Positions 10,665 to 20,459 of a stretch of 27,642 bases of DNA are shown here, piece by piece. A model generated the notes under the pieces. It was not told the origin of the DNA. It saw only the letters and a list, made by a program, of their open reading frames with translations, and did no database searches. Source of the DNA: Nitrososphaeraceae archaeon (GTDB taxonomy: Archaea > Thermoproteota > Nitrososphaeria > Nitrososphaerales > Nitrososphaeraceae); contig DASQWW010000001.1 of NCBI GenBank assembly GCA_035640055.1, positions 1 to 27,642 on the forward strand. The letters are read 5' to 3'. The first letter of the stretch is position 1. Each line of letters opens with the position of its first letter. Position numbers and translations under genes: made by a program.

Positions 10665-11309
10665 ATGGTAACAGCAGTAAGAGATGAGGATGAAGAAGCA
10701 GGAGAAGCAAACAACAACAATAATAATAATGAATTACTATCGATTAAAGATATATACAATTTATTACTGAAAGAGATCCAAATTTCTACATTACAATCTA
10801 TACCCACTGATACTTATCAAAGGGTTGCCGTCATGCTTGGAAATCTAAGAGGGCAGGGATATGAAGGAGTAGAAGCTAAGATTCGAGATAACATGACAGA
10901 ACTAATATCTACATCTGCTAAGCTTCTACTTGAAACTAGGTATCAAAAGCTGATGAAGGGAAGATATAAAGGATTATCCTCATCATCCTTACCAGTGATG
11001 ATAGCAGTAGTGGATTATTCAAACCTTACAGATGAGGAAAAATATATTTTAGATGGAGAAAAAGAATCTGAGAAAAGAAAGATCTCTATATATTCTGCAA
11101 CTCTTAAAGGCAGATCAAAAGTACTAGAATCGATTTCGGCTAAACTGCGCTCTAAACAAATTATTGTCAGATTTCTTAAACCAATGGAGCAGTTCATGGG
11201 TGTAGATATGAAAAAGTATGGACCATTTCAGCAGGAAGATGTTGCAGTATTGCCAATAGAAAATGCACGTTCTTTAATAGATAACGGTGAGGCTGTAGAA
11301 GTATATTAG
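10665..11309 (+). CDS. GINS complex subunit (archaeal Gins51/Gins15-like) DNA replication factor
   Basis: 214 aa. Helical N-terminal domain followed by a small B-domain-like C-terminus, KQIIVRFLKPMEQFMGVDMKKYGPFQQEDVAVLPIENARSLIDNGEAVEVY, matching the archaeal GINS pattern (YGPF...D...LP...A..L...G.A). Confidence 0.75.
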   Translation: MVTAVRDEDEEAGEANNNNNNNELLSIKDIYNLLLKEIQISTLQSIPTDTYQRVAVMLGNLRGQGYEGVEAKIRDNMTELISTSAKLLLETRYQKLMKGRYKGLSSSSLPVMIAVVDYSNLTDEEKYILDGEKESEKRKISIYSATLKGRSKVLESISAKLRSKQIIVRFLKPMEQFMGVDMKKYGPFQQEDVAVLPIENARSLIDNGEAVEVY

Positions 11310-11678
11310 ATGGTAAAAAAGAAAGACAAATATGGTTCATCAATGCTTGAAGAACATCAAGGTATTACTATGACCCATAACGGAATAGATATCGATCAAT
11401 TTATTCTGCTCACTATCTATCCAACTATTGTGATCTTTGCACTGGGATTCATAGCGAAGAAAATGAAAATGCGTGAATCGCCAAAGTATATCTTGCAGGC
11501 AATAACATGTATTGTATTTTCAGTAGCTTATTTTATAGTAGTACCAAATGGCGGCGCACAGGGGATTGCAATAGTATTGACTCTGTTTGGCATACTTCTC
11601 TTCTTTATGGCAAGGAAATATACAATACATCCAATAGAAGAAGAGGAGGGAGAGGAAGGTAAAACCGAGCTTCCTTGA
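11310..11678 (+). CDS. Small membrane protein with two to three TM segments and an acidic C-terminus, 122 aa
   Basis: ATG directly abuts the upstream TAG (...TATTAG/ATGGTA), giving an operon-like arrangement with the GINS-like gene. Hydrophobic segments LLTIYPTIVIFALGFIA, ILQAITCIVFSVAYFIVV and GIAIVLTLFGILLFFMA. Confidence 0.75.
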   Translation: MVKKKDKYGSSMLEEHQGITMTHNGIDIDQFILLTIYPTIVIFALGFIAKKMKMRESPKYILQAITCIVFSVAYFIVVPNGGAQGIAIVLTLFGILLFFMARKYTIHPIEEEEGEEGKTELP

Positions 11679-11889
11679 GCTTAAGACTGCCTATATACCA
11701 ATTCTATAAATATATATTTATAGATTAGATATGTAAAGCTTCTATTAATTTAAGGCCCAACTAAAGAATTACTGCCTAAATTACACCTTCTTATTATCAT
11801 TTATTTACAATAAACATCTGAGAAGACTTATTATCATAGTGACCTTTTTAAAGTATAGATGCACGCTCGTATGCTTTAAATCTGCATAG

Positions 11890-12204
11890 ATGAGAAGGCT
11901 TATAAAAAAGGAAATTTCCTATGGTAAGGGAATGGTAAGTACAGTCTTCAGGGTACAGTCACACAAATTCAGCCAGGATAACATTCAGACAACCCTGGTA
12001 TGCTCAAAATGTGATGAAGTCTTTTCTAAGGAATTTCCTCTAGACCTTGAGGGTCAGACCATTGAATTCAAGTGTCCTGTCTGTGGAGCGCCCGGCGAAG
12101 CAGATCTTCCATACAAAAGTGCAGACGAAAGAGAGGAGTTTGAAGAAGATTTCGAGGATGTAGAGGAAGAAGAAGGTGGAGAGGAGTTTGAAGAAGAATA
12201 CTAG
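11890..12204 (+). CDS. Small zinc-ribbon protein with a very acidic tail, 104 aa
   Basis: CSKCDEVFSKEF...IEFKCPVCG (two CxxC pairs), then EEFEEDFEDVEEEEGGEEFEEEY. Confidence 0.75.
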   Translation: MRRLIKKEISYGKGMVSTVFRVQSHKFSQDNIQTTLVCSKCDEVFSKEFPLDLEGQTIEFKCPVCGAPGEADLPYKSADEREEFEEDFEDVEEEEGGEEFEEEY

Positions 12205-13265
12205 TTGTTTAACATTCATAGATAATGATCTAATAAATATACACAATCTCCGATAGCTAATGTCTGATTTACTGATGATTCATTTGCTTGATTGGCTACT
12301 ATAATGCAACAGATTACATAATCATATATCTATCTATTTAGGAAAATATTTACGTATAATAATTTTCTAAAGGTGATATTAGTACTAAACTAATAAGCAA
12401 AATGAGGAAGTGAAATATGTCCAACGATACTCATTAGAATATTATAATGTAGGGCAGGTGGGGCGCAATCTGATAGCTTACACAATATGCAGCGGAACGT
12501 GTTAGTGGAGCACATGCAAAAAGGAGATATTCCTTTAGAGGAAGATCATGGCCTTAGGTATAAATGAAAACAAAAACTGTTTAATGTTAGTGATTTATAT
12601 TGATCTTACAAGGATTGTTTTTAATGCTCCTTATTCATGTGCCAAAAGCTTTGATAGAGGCATAAGGACCATAGTGCAAGCCATTGTCATATGAAATAAA
12701 TAGATATTCTGCTTTCCATCATATACATTAAAGGTATTATATAGTAATTTCTCATAGGATACAGCTTTCATGACTTATTATATTATTAGTCTTAAGTTGG
12801 TGTTTGTAATTTTTAAATTATTTCTCTATGAACTCAATATACTTAACAAGTATGAAAAAAGGATGATGAGAAGATAAAAATAATATAAAAAATCATTATT
12901 AGTATCTATCAATAGCTTGATATTTTAGGCTATAAAAATCAATGCCTAGATGTGCTACACTATCTAATTTCCCTATTATTATTTTACCTTAGATTGTATG
13001 TAGAGAGTAGACAGAAAGCAATAATATCAAAAGATAGGATGAAAGTTCTAAGCAATATAACGAGAAAAAGGGAACAGTCTTTGACAAATAGACATAATAA
13101 AATTAGGGTATTATAGTGTGTATATATACAATAAAAAACCTTGCATTTTAGGATGGTAAAAGGCCATAACCTATCATTCTTTGTATACCATTACATTTCT
13201 ATGATACAAGAAAAATCCGATTCAAGGCAATCCTAGCATTAATTAAATATCATGTAGGATCCACT

Positions 13266-14078
13266 TTAAGGACTCCATGTGAATAGAGATGATTGTCTAA
13301 AGAACTCATATGCATTATAGAATGTTACTTTTTCAATATCTCCAATACTAAATCCTGCCTTTCTCATTTCTCTAGCCGTAAGAGGAACACTCAGTGGATC
13401 AGATACTCCCCAATCAGCTGCACTATGTACCATTATGTGCTTCGTCCCATATTTTTTTACTATATTTATTGCTCTCCCAGGAGATAGCTTTGTTATAGGA
13501 TAAATAGAAAGGCCAGCCCATAATCCTAACTCTAACGTTTTCTCTATAGTTTCTTCAGTGTTATGATCTATTAGTATTTTGTTTCTGTTGTATTTATTGC
13601 CTTTATCATCATTCAAAATGCGCTCAATTCTTCTCATTCCTTCTGGTTTGTTGTTATGCGGCAGATGGACTACCATTAACATGTCTTTTTCTGTAGCAAT
13701 GTCCATCTGCATGATAAATACCTCTTCTTCTAAGTCAGTTATTAGATTATAGCCTATCTCTCCTACTGCCACTACCCTTTCTCTATCAAGATATTTCTTC
13801 ATGACTTCTATGGCATCTATAGCTAATGGTCTTTCTGTAGCTTCTTTTGGATTGACAGATATACAGACAAAGTGTTCTATTCCAAATTCCCTAGCCCTTT
13901 TAGTTTCAAAAGTTATCATGTGCTCCCAATAATCTACAAATGTGCCAACCGAGGTCCTTGGACTACCGAGCCAAAATGAAGGTTGAACTATTACTTCAAT
14001 GCCAGCTTTGGACATTGCCTCATAATCATCAGTGGTACGAGAATACATATGTATATGAGGATCAAATAGTCTAGTCAA
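13266..14078 (-). CDS. TatD-like/amidohydrolase-superfamily metal-dependent hydrolase
   Basis: 270 aa. N-terminal FDPHIHMYSRTTDDYEAM, AVGEIGYNL, MVVHLPHNNK, KILIDHNTEET and HIMVHSAADWGVSDPL. TTG start, with in-frame stop codons immediately upstream and a purine-rich AGGAGG about 10 nt before the start. Confidence 0.85.
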   Translation of the reverse strand: MTRLFDPHIHMYSRTTDDYEAMSKAGIEVIVQPSFWLGSPRTSVGTFVDYWEHMITFETKRAREFGIEHFVCISVNPKEATERPLAIDAIEVMKKYLDRERVVAVGEIGYNLITDLEEEVFIMQMDIATEKDMLMVVHLPHNNKPEGMRRIERILNDDKGNKYNRNKILIDHNTEETIEKTLELGLWAGLSIYPITKLSPGRAINIVKKYGTKHIMVHSAADWGVSDPLSVPLTAREMRKAGFSIGDIEKVTFYNAYEFFRQSSLFTWSP

Positions 14079-14409
14079 TTATCATATTCCTCCTTTTTTC
14101 ATTTGCCTCGCTAATTTATGATAACAATGGATGTAATAACGCTTTTTACATTTGTATAACAAACTTATAGTATAGTATCTGATTATTATTATTATTATAT
14201 TTATATCCTTTTAGGATATAATGATATGAGAAAATAGAAGATTGAAAAAGATGAATCAGTTTATTTTCAATCCAAAAAAGACAATTTAAAAAGTTCAGAA
14301 GTTCAGATAATATACAAGTCTTGCACCAAAGAAGATTTGTCTTAAATTCTTATTACTTGCTGGCTCAATATAAATTATCTTTCGATATATGTTTTTATCA
14401 ATATTTTCT

Positions 14410-14607
14410 CTACAGAATATTTAACCTTTCTGCACACTCTTTGTGATAATATTTTCTCTTCTGATGGCTTCCTTTAATGACTATGATATCTGTATTATCG
14501 ATTTTTTTTCTGCAAAAACGACAAAGGCCATTTTGTTTGACCTTGATCATGAAAAGTACGCGACTATATCCAAGCTTGCCATTATCTATAATAATATAAT
14601 TTGTCAT
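14410..14607 (-). CDS. Small zinc-finger-like hypothetical protein, 65 aa
   Basis: NGLCRFCRKKIDNTDIIVIKGSHQKRKYYHKECAERLNIL, a CxxC...HxxC pattern like small treble-clef/LIM-like domains. The opposite-strand ORF 14443..14628 has no comparable motif. Confidence 0.55.
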   Translation of the reverse strand: MTNYIIIDNGKLGYSRVLFMIKVKQNGLCRFCRKKIDNTDIIVIKGSHQKRKYYHKECAERLNIL

Positions 14608-14874
14608 ATTGCTAGTGGCATAGTATAGCCGACTCCTTACACACTAACAATGGAAAATAAGCCTTAATTAACCAAGTTAACTTACAAGTTATAAATAAAT
14701 AAAAAAACACACATACAATACATATTATAGATCGGTAGATTTATGCTTTTAATTACCAACAATTATAGATGATGATATGTTATCTAGTCACATCGTTAAC
14801 TGAGTGACTTATTAGACTAGTAGCATATCGTATATCATTGGATTTATATAGATATATATGTAGGTTTTATTAAC

Positions 14875-16185
14875 TTATGCTAAAGAAGAAGGGACTATTC
14901 TAAAGATTGTTCCTTGTATTGTCAGTATATACAGATAACCATCAGGTCCAACCTGTATGTCGGTAATTCCACCAAAACCTGTGCCAAAGGTTATCTTTTC
15001 AATCTCTTGCGCATTGTCTGCATCTTTATCTGCAAGTGGACCATCAAGGAGTAATCCTGTTCTCTGTTGACCTAATTTAAAATGGTAAATATTGCCAATA
15101 TTGACATCTCCTACAAATATGTCATTTTCATATTGTTTACCTAACTTATTTGAGTTGAAAAACTTTAGAGCAGTAGGAGCAACTGGTTGTGTCCATACAA
15201 ATTCAGGATCCCTATATTTTCCTTTTCCATCAAAGTTTACTAAATCGCGAGCTGGATCTGCTTTACTTTTAGTAAGGTCGTCTTTTGCTAAACCCATGAT
15301 TTTAACCCATCCGCTATTAAATCCGGGTTCAACTATATTAATCTCATCACCAAAAGCCGGGCCATTTTCAGTGTCCCACAGATTTTTAGTTATAGGATCA
15401 AAATCCATACCAAAGCCATTTCTTATACCATATGCATAGTATTTGTTTAGAGGATCAGTATTTCCTAATGGGTTAGTTTGTACAGCTACACCATCTTGTG
15501 TAACTCTAAGTATACCACCAGTCCCATCTGGCGGTGGCCCATTAGGAGTATTTTCAGCCTGTGTCCTGTGAGCTCTAACGTCACCAATAATAAGATACAC
15601 GTTTTGATCAGGACCAACTAAGACTTTACCAGCATCATGATTAGGTCCAGGTACAGCAGGCAAGTCTAAAAGCAGTTTGGGATTTACTAATTTATTATCC
15701 ACTAACTCGTATCTATATAGCCTATTGCCTAACGGATCGTGACCTGGTACACAATAACTTAGCTTAGGACAATCATCCTCACCGTCTACTTTAGCTTCAG
15801 TGTAATACAAGAATACATATGTAGGTCCATTGGTATGCTTTGCAACAGCAATTCCTAACAAACCCCTTTCATTTGCATTGGCAACGTTAACATCAAGTAA
15901 TGGTTCTGCTAACATCTTGCCATTTATAATCCGCTGTACTGTACCTATATCCTTCTCTAATACCAAAATATCATTTGGACCTAAAAAGGTCATACTTGTT
16001 GGCTTTTTAAGGCCTTTAAACACCACCTCTACCTTTAGGTTTGGATCATTAATGGTTGGTCCTGCAGAAGATGGAGCAGCTACGGCGTAGGCAGCATGAA
16101 TAGAGTATCCAATTGGTACAATAGTCGCCGTCAATACCAAAATCACAGCTGGTATTAGCTTAAAGAATTGTATTAGCAATGCCAT
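14875..16185 (-). CDS. Secreted PQQ-dependent (glucose/sorbosone-type, soluble aldose) sugar dehydrogenase
   Basis: 436 aa. Hydrophobic N-terminal signal segment, then LKKPTSMTFLGPNDILVLEKDIGTVQRIING, DVNVANANERGLLGIAVA, GPDQNVYLIIGDV, YAYGIRNGFGMDFDP, LWDTENGPAFGDEINIVEPGFNSGW, EFVWTQPVAPTAL and GFGGITDIQVGPDGYLYILTIQGTIFRI. Confidence 0.9.
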   Translation of the reverse strand: MALLIQFFKLIPAVILVLTATIVPIGYSIHAAYAVAAPSSAGPTINDPNLKVEVVFKGLKKPTSMTFLGPNDILVLEKDIGTVQRIINGKMLAEPLLDVNVANANERGLLGIAVAKHTNGPTYVFLYYTEAKVDGEDDCPKLSYCVPGHDPLGNRLYRYELVDNKLVNPKLLLDLPAVPGPNHDAGKVLVGPDQNVYLIIGDVRAHRTQAENTPNGPPPDGTGGILRVTQDGVAVQTNPLGNTDPLNKYYAYGIRNGFGMDFDPITKNLWDTENGPAFGDEINIVEPGFNSGWVKIMGLAKDDLTKSKADPARDLVNFDGKGKYRDPEFVWTQPVAPTALKFFNSNKLGKQYENDIFVGDVNIGNIYHFKLGQQRTGLLLDGPLADKDADNAQEIEKITFGTGFGGITDIQVGPDGYLYILTIQGTIFRIVPSSLA

Positions 16186-16572
16186 TTATAGAACTTAGCG
16201 AAATTAGAGACCATCTAAATATAATGCTTACTTATCATGGTTAGTTCATAACGTTATCATCTTTTTTATATCTGCCGTTTTGTCATCAAAGCGAAACTAG
16301 AAGTGATCGCATTGATTAAGATATCCTGTAATTACTAAAACATAAGAATTTTTAGTCACAAGCAGATTTATAGTTCTTTTATGAAGAGCAGATCTACATG
16401 CATATATATGAATTTGCATCAAGATCAGGTTTATCCGCCGAACTTATCCCTTTACAATCCATTTGAAATGATCCTTGTGTATTACTAAAGTTAAAAAAGG
16501 AACAACGATTAAAGGAAAATAAGAAATATATCAGCTGGTTAAGTCTCTCTCACATATTATATAGATCTTTTA

Positions 16573-16974
16573 CTAGCCCTGATTTGCACCACATTTTATA
16601 CAGAACTTGGAGTTTGATTTGAGTTTAGAACCACATTCAATACAGAATTTGGTTTCAGCTTTTAGAGTAGTATCACTACTAGTAGTAGAAGAGGAGGAGA
16701 CCATTCCACTATACATATCTGTAACTGCACCACTGGGTTTGAACGTGTCATTAATATCAGGTATCAAATCAGAATCTTTTTTGACTCCGCGATCACCCTT
16801 ATCTTCAATATAAAGCATCAGACGAGGAACATTATCCTTACCTGTAGGATCATCGACCTGTTCGCCTAACCATAGAGCAAATTTCTTCAGGGTCAACTCA
16901 GGAGTAGAAAAAGTAAGTGAATGGGTGGACATGTATTCATCAGTTGCAGCTCTACCATTGAATACTTTCATCAA
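16573..16974 (-). CDS. C-terminal double zinc-ribbon hypothetical protein, 133 aa
   Basis: C-terminus KFCIECGSKLKSNSKFCIKCGANQG (two CxxC pairs). Adjacent to the related-looking 17003..17572 gene on the same strand. Confidence 0.7.
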   Translation of the reverse strand: MMKVFNGRAATDEYMSTHSLTFSTPELTLKKFALWLGEQVDDPTGKDNVPRLMLYIEDKGDRGVKKDSDLIPDINDTFKPSGAVTDMYSGMVSSSSTTSSDTTLKAETKFCIECGSKLKSNSKFCIKCGANQG

Positions 16975-17002
16975 TAGTGAGAATATCAGTATGTGCTTTT
17001 AA

Positions 17003-17572
17003 TTATTGCGAATTACCACATTTACTACAGAATTTTGCTTGTTTAGGAATTGGTGATCCGCATACAATGCAATTTTTAGTAGCTGTTGTAGTACTATTCT
17101 GTTTAGAACGTTTAGAAGATCTTTCCACTTCAATGTCTATTGGCTTGAATGTAGGTTCCTGTTGATATGGCTGTGAAGGTTTAGGCATAGTATATTCTCC
17201 TCCTCTTCCTGTTCCTCCTCCTGCTGCTGTACCCGCAGTTCCTCCACCACCACTGCCTATGAAGCTACCAATCCCAAAACCAGTTTGAGGGGTGGAAGAA
17301 GAAGAAGAAATTCCTCCAGTAGCATTTTTTATTGATGTGCCCTTGTCTATTGCAGATTTTATTTCTAAAATTACTCGAATAGCAAGAAAATTCAGTGCAG
17401 AAGTTGCAACCAGATAATCGCCAATATTGGCAAAGAATTCTTTTTCATTTACCTTTCCCTGCTTGTAAAGCTGGGTTGTATCAATAAATGACTCATATTG
17501 ATCCTGAGTTTCATTAACTAACTTCTTCAATTTCTCGGTCAGCGCTCCGAGGGTATCTACCCCAAAAGACAT
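17003..17572 (-). CDS. C-terminal double zinc-ribbon protein with Gly/Ser/Thr-rich linker, 189 aa
   Basis: C-terminus KNCIVCGSPIPKQAKFCSKCGNSQ. Helical N-terminal region MSFGVDTLGALTEKLKKLVNETQDQYESFIDTTQLYKQGKVNEKEFFANIGDYL. Confidence 0.8.
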   Translation of the reverse strand: MSFGVDTLGALTEKLKKLVNETQDQYESFIDTTQLYKQGKVNEKEFFANIGDYLVATSALNFLAIRVILEIKSAIDKGTSIKNATGGISSSSSTPQTGFGIGSFIGSGGGGTAGTAAGGGTGRGGEYTMPKPSQPYQQEPTFKPIDIEVERSSKRSKQNSTTTATKNCIVCGSPIPKQAKFCSKCGNSQ

Positions 17573-17906
17573 TTATTAAAAATTTTGGATGGTGGGCTTT
17601 ATAAAAGTTTGAACTATAACCAAGAGAAAAAGTCATAAAAAGAAGTTTCTTAATAAGCTAGGATCCTGGTATGATGCAGATTAATTGTAGGACAATGCAA
17701 AAAATTACGTTGTTTATCCCATATGTTATATGAGCTCATCTCATATTTAAAAAGGTATATAACAGGATATATATACTACGAGATTTAGTGCATCGTCTAA
17801 ATACAAGTTGAGTTATTAGTATTAATGGAAAATTTTGGATAAAGTTTATTTGCAATATGAACTGAACATTTCTAGTTATTTATATTGGAACAAATTAAAG
17901 ATAAGG

Positions 17907-18977
17907 ATGCCAATCAAATCTCCTCTGCCAACTAAAGAGGGTAGCTGTACAAAAATAGTGTTTTTGGTTTGGGCTCCTTATAGTTCTAGGGCAGAAAACC
18001 TGTCTGAACGTCTAAATGCCCATCTTTATCTAATCAGTTATAAATTTAAGAATAAAATTTATTCGCCACTGAAATATTCTTTATTATTTGCAAGGACCAT
18101 TCATATACTGAGAAAAGAAAAACCTAAAATAATAATTTGTCAAAATCCACCAATATTCTGCGCTCTGTCTGCAATTATCTATAATTACTTGTTTGATGCA
18201 GATAGCATTGTAGTAATTGACGCACATACAGGAGCTTTCGACAGACCTTGGTCATATTTAAAATCCTTAACCAAATCAATTATGAAAAGAGCATCGACGA
18301 TCATAGTAACTAATACAAAATTACAAGATTTTGTTTTACAAAACTTCAAATTAAAAGCAATAGTACTTGATGACAAAATTCCAGAATTTAATAAATTGTC
18401 ATATAATAACATTGAAAGAGAAAGTGGACAAGTGGCTGACAAAGGATTCAAAGTTGCTGTCATCTCGTCATTTGCATATGATGAACCAATGAATGAGATT
18501 CTTGATGCTGCAGCAGAATTGCCAACTGTACGATTTTATATAACTGGCGATGCCTCAAAGGCACATAAGAAATTTTTAAAGAATAAAATGTCAGATAATG
18601 TAGTTTTCACAGGATTTTTGAATCGTGATAATTATGTATCTTTGCTTCAACAAGTAGATGCAGTGATGGTTCTTACAAAAAGAGACAATACTATGTTATC
18701 AGGAACGTATGAAGCTCTTGCACTACAAAAACCATTAATAACATCTAACTGGACTCCGTTAAAGAAATATTTTTACAAGGGTACTATTCATGTGGATAAC
18801 TCTCCAAAGGAGATTGAAGCAGCAGTTAAAAAGATACAGTACAAAACTTCAACATTGGCTAAGGAAATGTATCAACTTAAACTTGAAAGGACTAGAGAAT
18901 GGGAAGAAAAATTTACAAATTTCAAACATCTTCTAGAAAATAGCAGTAATAAAATGCCAAGCAGTGACAATAAGTAA
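17907..18977 (+). CDS. Glycosyltransferase (GT4/GT1-like, GT-B fold)
   Basis: The ORF track gives 17835 (TTG). The ATG at 17907 (MPIKSPLPTKEGSCTKIVFLVWAPYSSRAENLSERL) gives a more plausible start. Motifs PKIIICQNPPIFCALSA, VAVISSFAYDEPMNEILDAAAEL, VVFTGFLNRDNYVSLLQQVDAVMVLTKRDNTMLSGTYEALALQKPLITSNW. Confidence 0.85.
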   Translation: MPIKSPLPTKEGSCTKIVFLVWAPYSSRAENLSERLNAHLYLISYKFKNKIYSPLKYSLLFARTIHILRKEKPKIIICQNPPIFCALSAIIYNYLFDADSIVVIDAHTGAFDRPWSYLKSLTKSIMKRASTIIVTNTKLQDFVLQNFKLKAIVLDDKIPEFNKLSYNNIERESGQVADKGFKVAVISSFAYDEPMNEILDAAAELPTVRFYITGDASKAHKKFLKNKMSDNVVFTGFLNRDNYVSLLQQVDAVMVLTKRDNTMLSGTYEALALQKPLITSNWTPLKKYFYKGTIHVDNSPKEIEAAVKKIQYKTSTLAKEMYQLKLERTREWEEKFTNFKHLLENSSNKMPSSDNK

Positions 18978-19339
18978 AACGCGTTTAAGAACTGATACTA
19001 GTGTTTTCTCCTTAAAAAGGGTATTTATAATCTAATATAGCAGTTTTCGTCTAAATGTCATTCATCAGTCATTTTCAGATATCCTGTAATCGCCTTAAAT
19101 AACTCCAACTATTGTTTTGTTTGGAAAGTTCATCCTAGAACTAATCAATTTCCTTATCATTTGGATTCAACCTTCTACTACCTACTACTATATTATTATG
19201 TTATATTCTGTTTGCTATTAGGTAGTTGACATTGCTTTACGCTATGTAAATGAACCATAATGCATTATTGTACCCTGTGACTTCAGAGTACAAATAACTT
19301 ATTAATATCGACGTGTGAAAGTCACGTCACCTTTATGAT

Positions 19340-19414
19340 GGAGGGATAGTCTAGACTGGTTAGGATACCTGCCTTACACGCAGGTGGTCATGGGTTCAAA
19401 TCCCATTCCCTCCA
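19340..19414 (+). tRNA. tRNA-Val (anticodon TAC/UAC)
   Basis: Acceptor GGAGGGA (19340-19346) pairs with TCCCTCC (19407-19413), discriminator A. Anticodon stem CCTGC/GCAGG around loop CTTACAC gives anticodon TAC. T arm ATGGG-TTCAAAT-CCCAT. CCA is not fully encoded (followed by TGC). Confidence 0.95.
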
Positions 19415-19784
19415 TGCTAATCATGGATATCTATACTCATTCCTTATAAAGAAAAAACCAGAAATCATTATCAGCTTTTATTTTATCACCCGCATCTTCC
19501 AAATCTTTTTCTCATTCACATTTTTGTTGTTTACTTTATATTTTACTTTCGCCCTCTCTACTTCCACATATCACCATTTGACATTCTACACATTGTTGGT
19601 TGCAATATGAATATAATAAACGCATCAATTTTACCAGAAGTTGCTTAATGTTAGGTATATCTCATCTTAAAAGGACAATAGTATTAATCACATAACAAGC
19701 TATTGCGATCTGGAATATTATCGAATAACACTTCTAATCGTTATGGACCGCTATCTTGTTCATTTAAAAGCCACCTTACTATGC

Positions 19785-20072
19785 CTAAGGATCAGAGTAA
19801 TCTAGTATTCTTCTTAGTTTCTGCTCAATATAGACTGACTGTTTTCGTTGTCCTGAATAGGGCTGAAAGTTATTGTATACATTTTTATCTTCAGCTTGTA
19901 AAGCAGCAATTAATTCCTTCTCATCATCTATCGTACTTATTAGAGCCTCTTTTCCATAGAAGGGGATTTGATTCCATAATGGATCTTTGCTGCCTATTAC
20001 CACATTTTCTTTCACATGTTTTGTGCCATCATTATTATTATTAGTAATTCCTTTAGGCAAAATATCCGTCAC
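19785..20072 (-). CDS. Hypothetical protein, 95 aa
   Basis: Hydrophilic ORF (FYGKEALISTIDDEKELIAALQAEDKNVYNNFQ). Preferred over the overlapping plus-strand ORF 19703..20044, which is Cys/His/Leu-rich and looks like an antisense artefact. Confidence 0.4.
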   Translation of the reverse strand: MTDILPKGITNNNNDGTKHVKENVVIGSKDPLWNQIPFYGKEALISTIDDEKELIAALQAEDKNVYNNFQPYSGQRKQSVYIEQKLRRILDYSDP

Positions 20073-20186
20073 TCTATTAAAGATTTATTATTATTTGCTA
20101 TCTGTATAAATGTATTGGACAGTGAAAATTTTCGTCTTATATGATGTCTTCCTTTAACCAGAAACTACTACTTTTACTTATTTTTA

Positions 20187-20459
20187 CTAAGCAGGTTCTG
20201 ATTTCAACAGCTCTTTTACCTTGACGTCCAATTTCAGTATGTCATTTGTATAAGAGATTTTGGTAGATTTATCATCAAGCTTTGCATCTACAGGTATATT
20301 GGTATAATACTTCTTATCACCTTTTTCTGCATATATTGAGATATCCTTATCCGATACTTCCACCTTAATATCTTGTTTTGTAATGCCATGCATCTCAGCT
20401 GTTACTTTTAGAGTTTTTCCTTTTTCATCTAATGCAGCATTCACAATAGGTTCTTTTGT
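20187..20459 (-). CDS. Hsp20/alpha-crystallin-like domain, possibly an N-terminally truncated gene or a C-terminal extension of the upstream ORF; the ORF track starts at GTG 20444
   Basis: TKEPIVNAALDEKGKTLKVTAEMHGITKQDIKVEVSDKDISIYAEKGDKKYYTNIPVDAKLDDKSTKISYTNDILKLDVKVK fits the Hsp20 pattern: EPxVdv...l.v.aElpGv.k.dIkv.v.d..l.I.ae...k.Y...i...v......a.y.NgvL.v.v. Confidence 0.65.
   Translation of the reverse strand, partial: TKEPIVNAALDEKGKTLKVTAEMHGITKQDIKVEVSDKDISIYAEKGDKKYYTNIPVDAKLDDKSTKISYTNDILKLDVKVKELLKSEPA

Noticed and set aside
14190-14220. ATT-rich microsatellite (attattattattattat)
   Set aside because: Simple low-complexity repeat in an AT-rich intergenic region, with no sign of a CRISPR or regulatory array.
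17835-17906. N-terminal extension of the glycosyltransferase from a TTG start (MDKVYLQYELNISSYLYWNKLKIR)
   Set aside because: The downstream ATG at 17907 precedes the start of recognisable GT-B sequence. The extension lacks typical fold features, though it cannot be strictly excluded.
19340-19414. Possible tRNA-associated integrated element next to tRNA-Val
   Set aside because: I looked for a second copy of the tRNA 3' end (ggttcaaatcccattccctcca) and for an integrase or recombinase. Neither was seen in the window.
19703-20044. Plus-strand ORF of 113 aa overlapping the 19785..20072 ORF
   Set aside because: Cys/His/Leu/Tyr-rich translation typical of an antisense frame. The opposite strand has a more protein-like composition.
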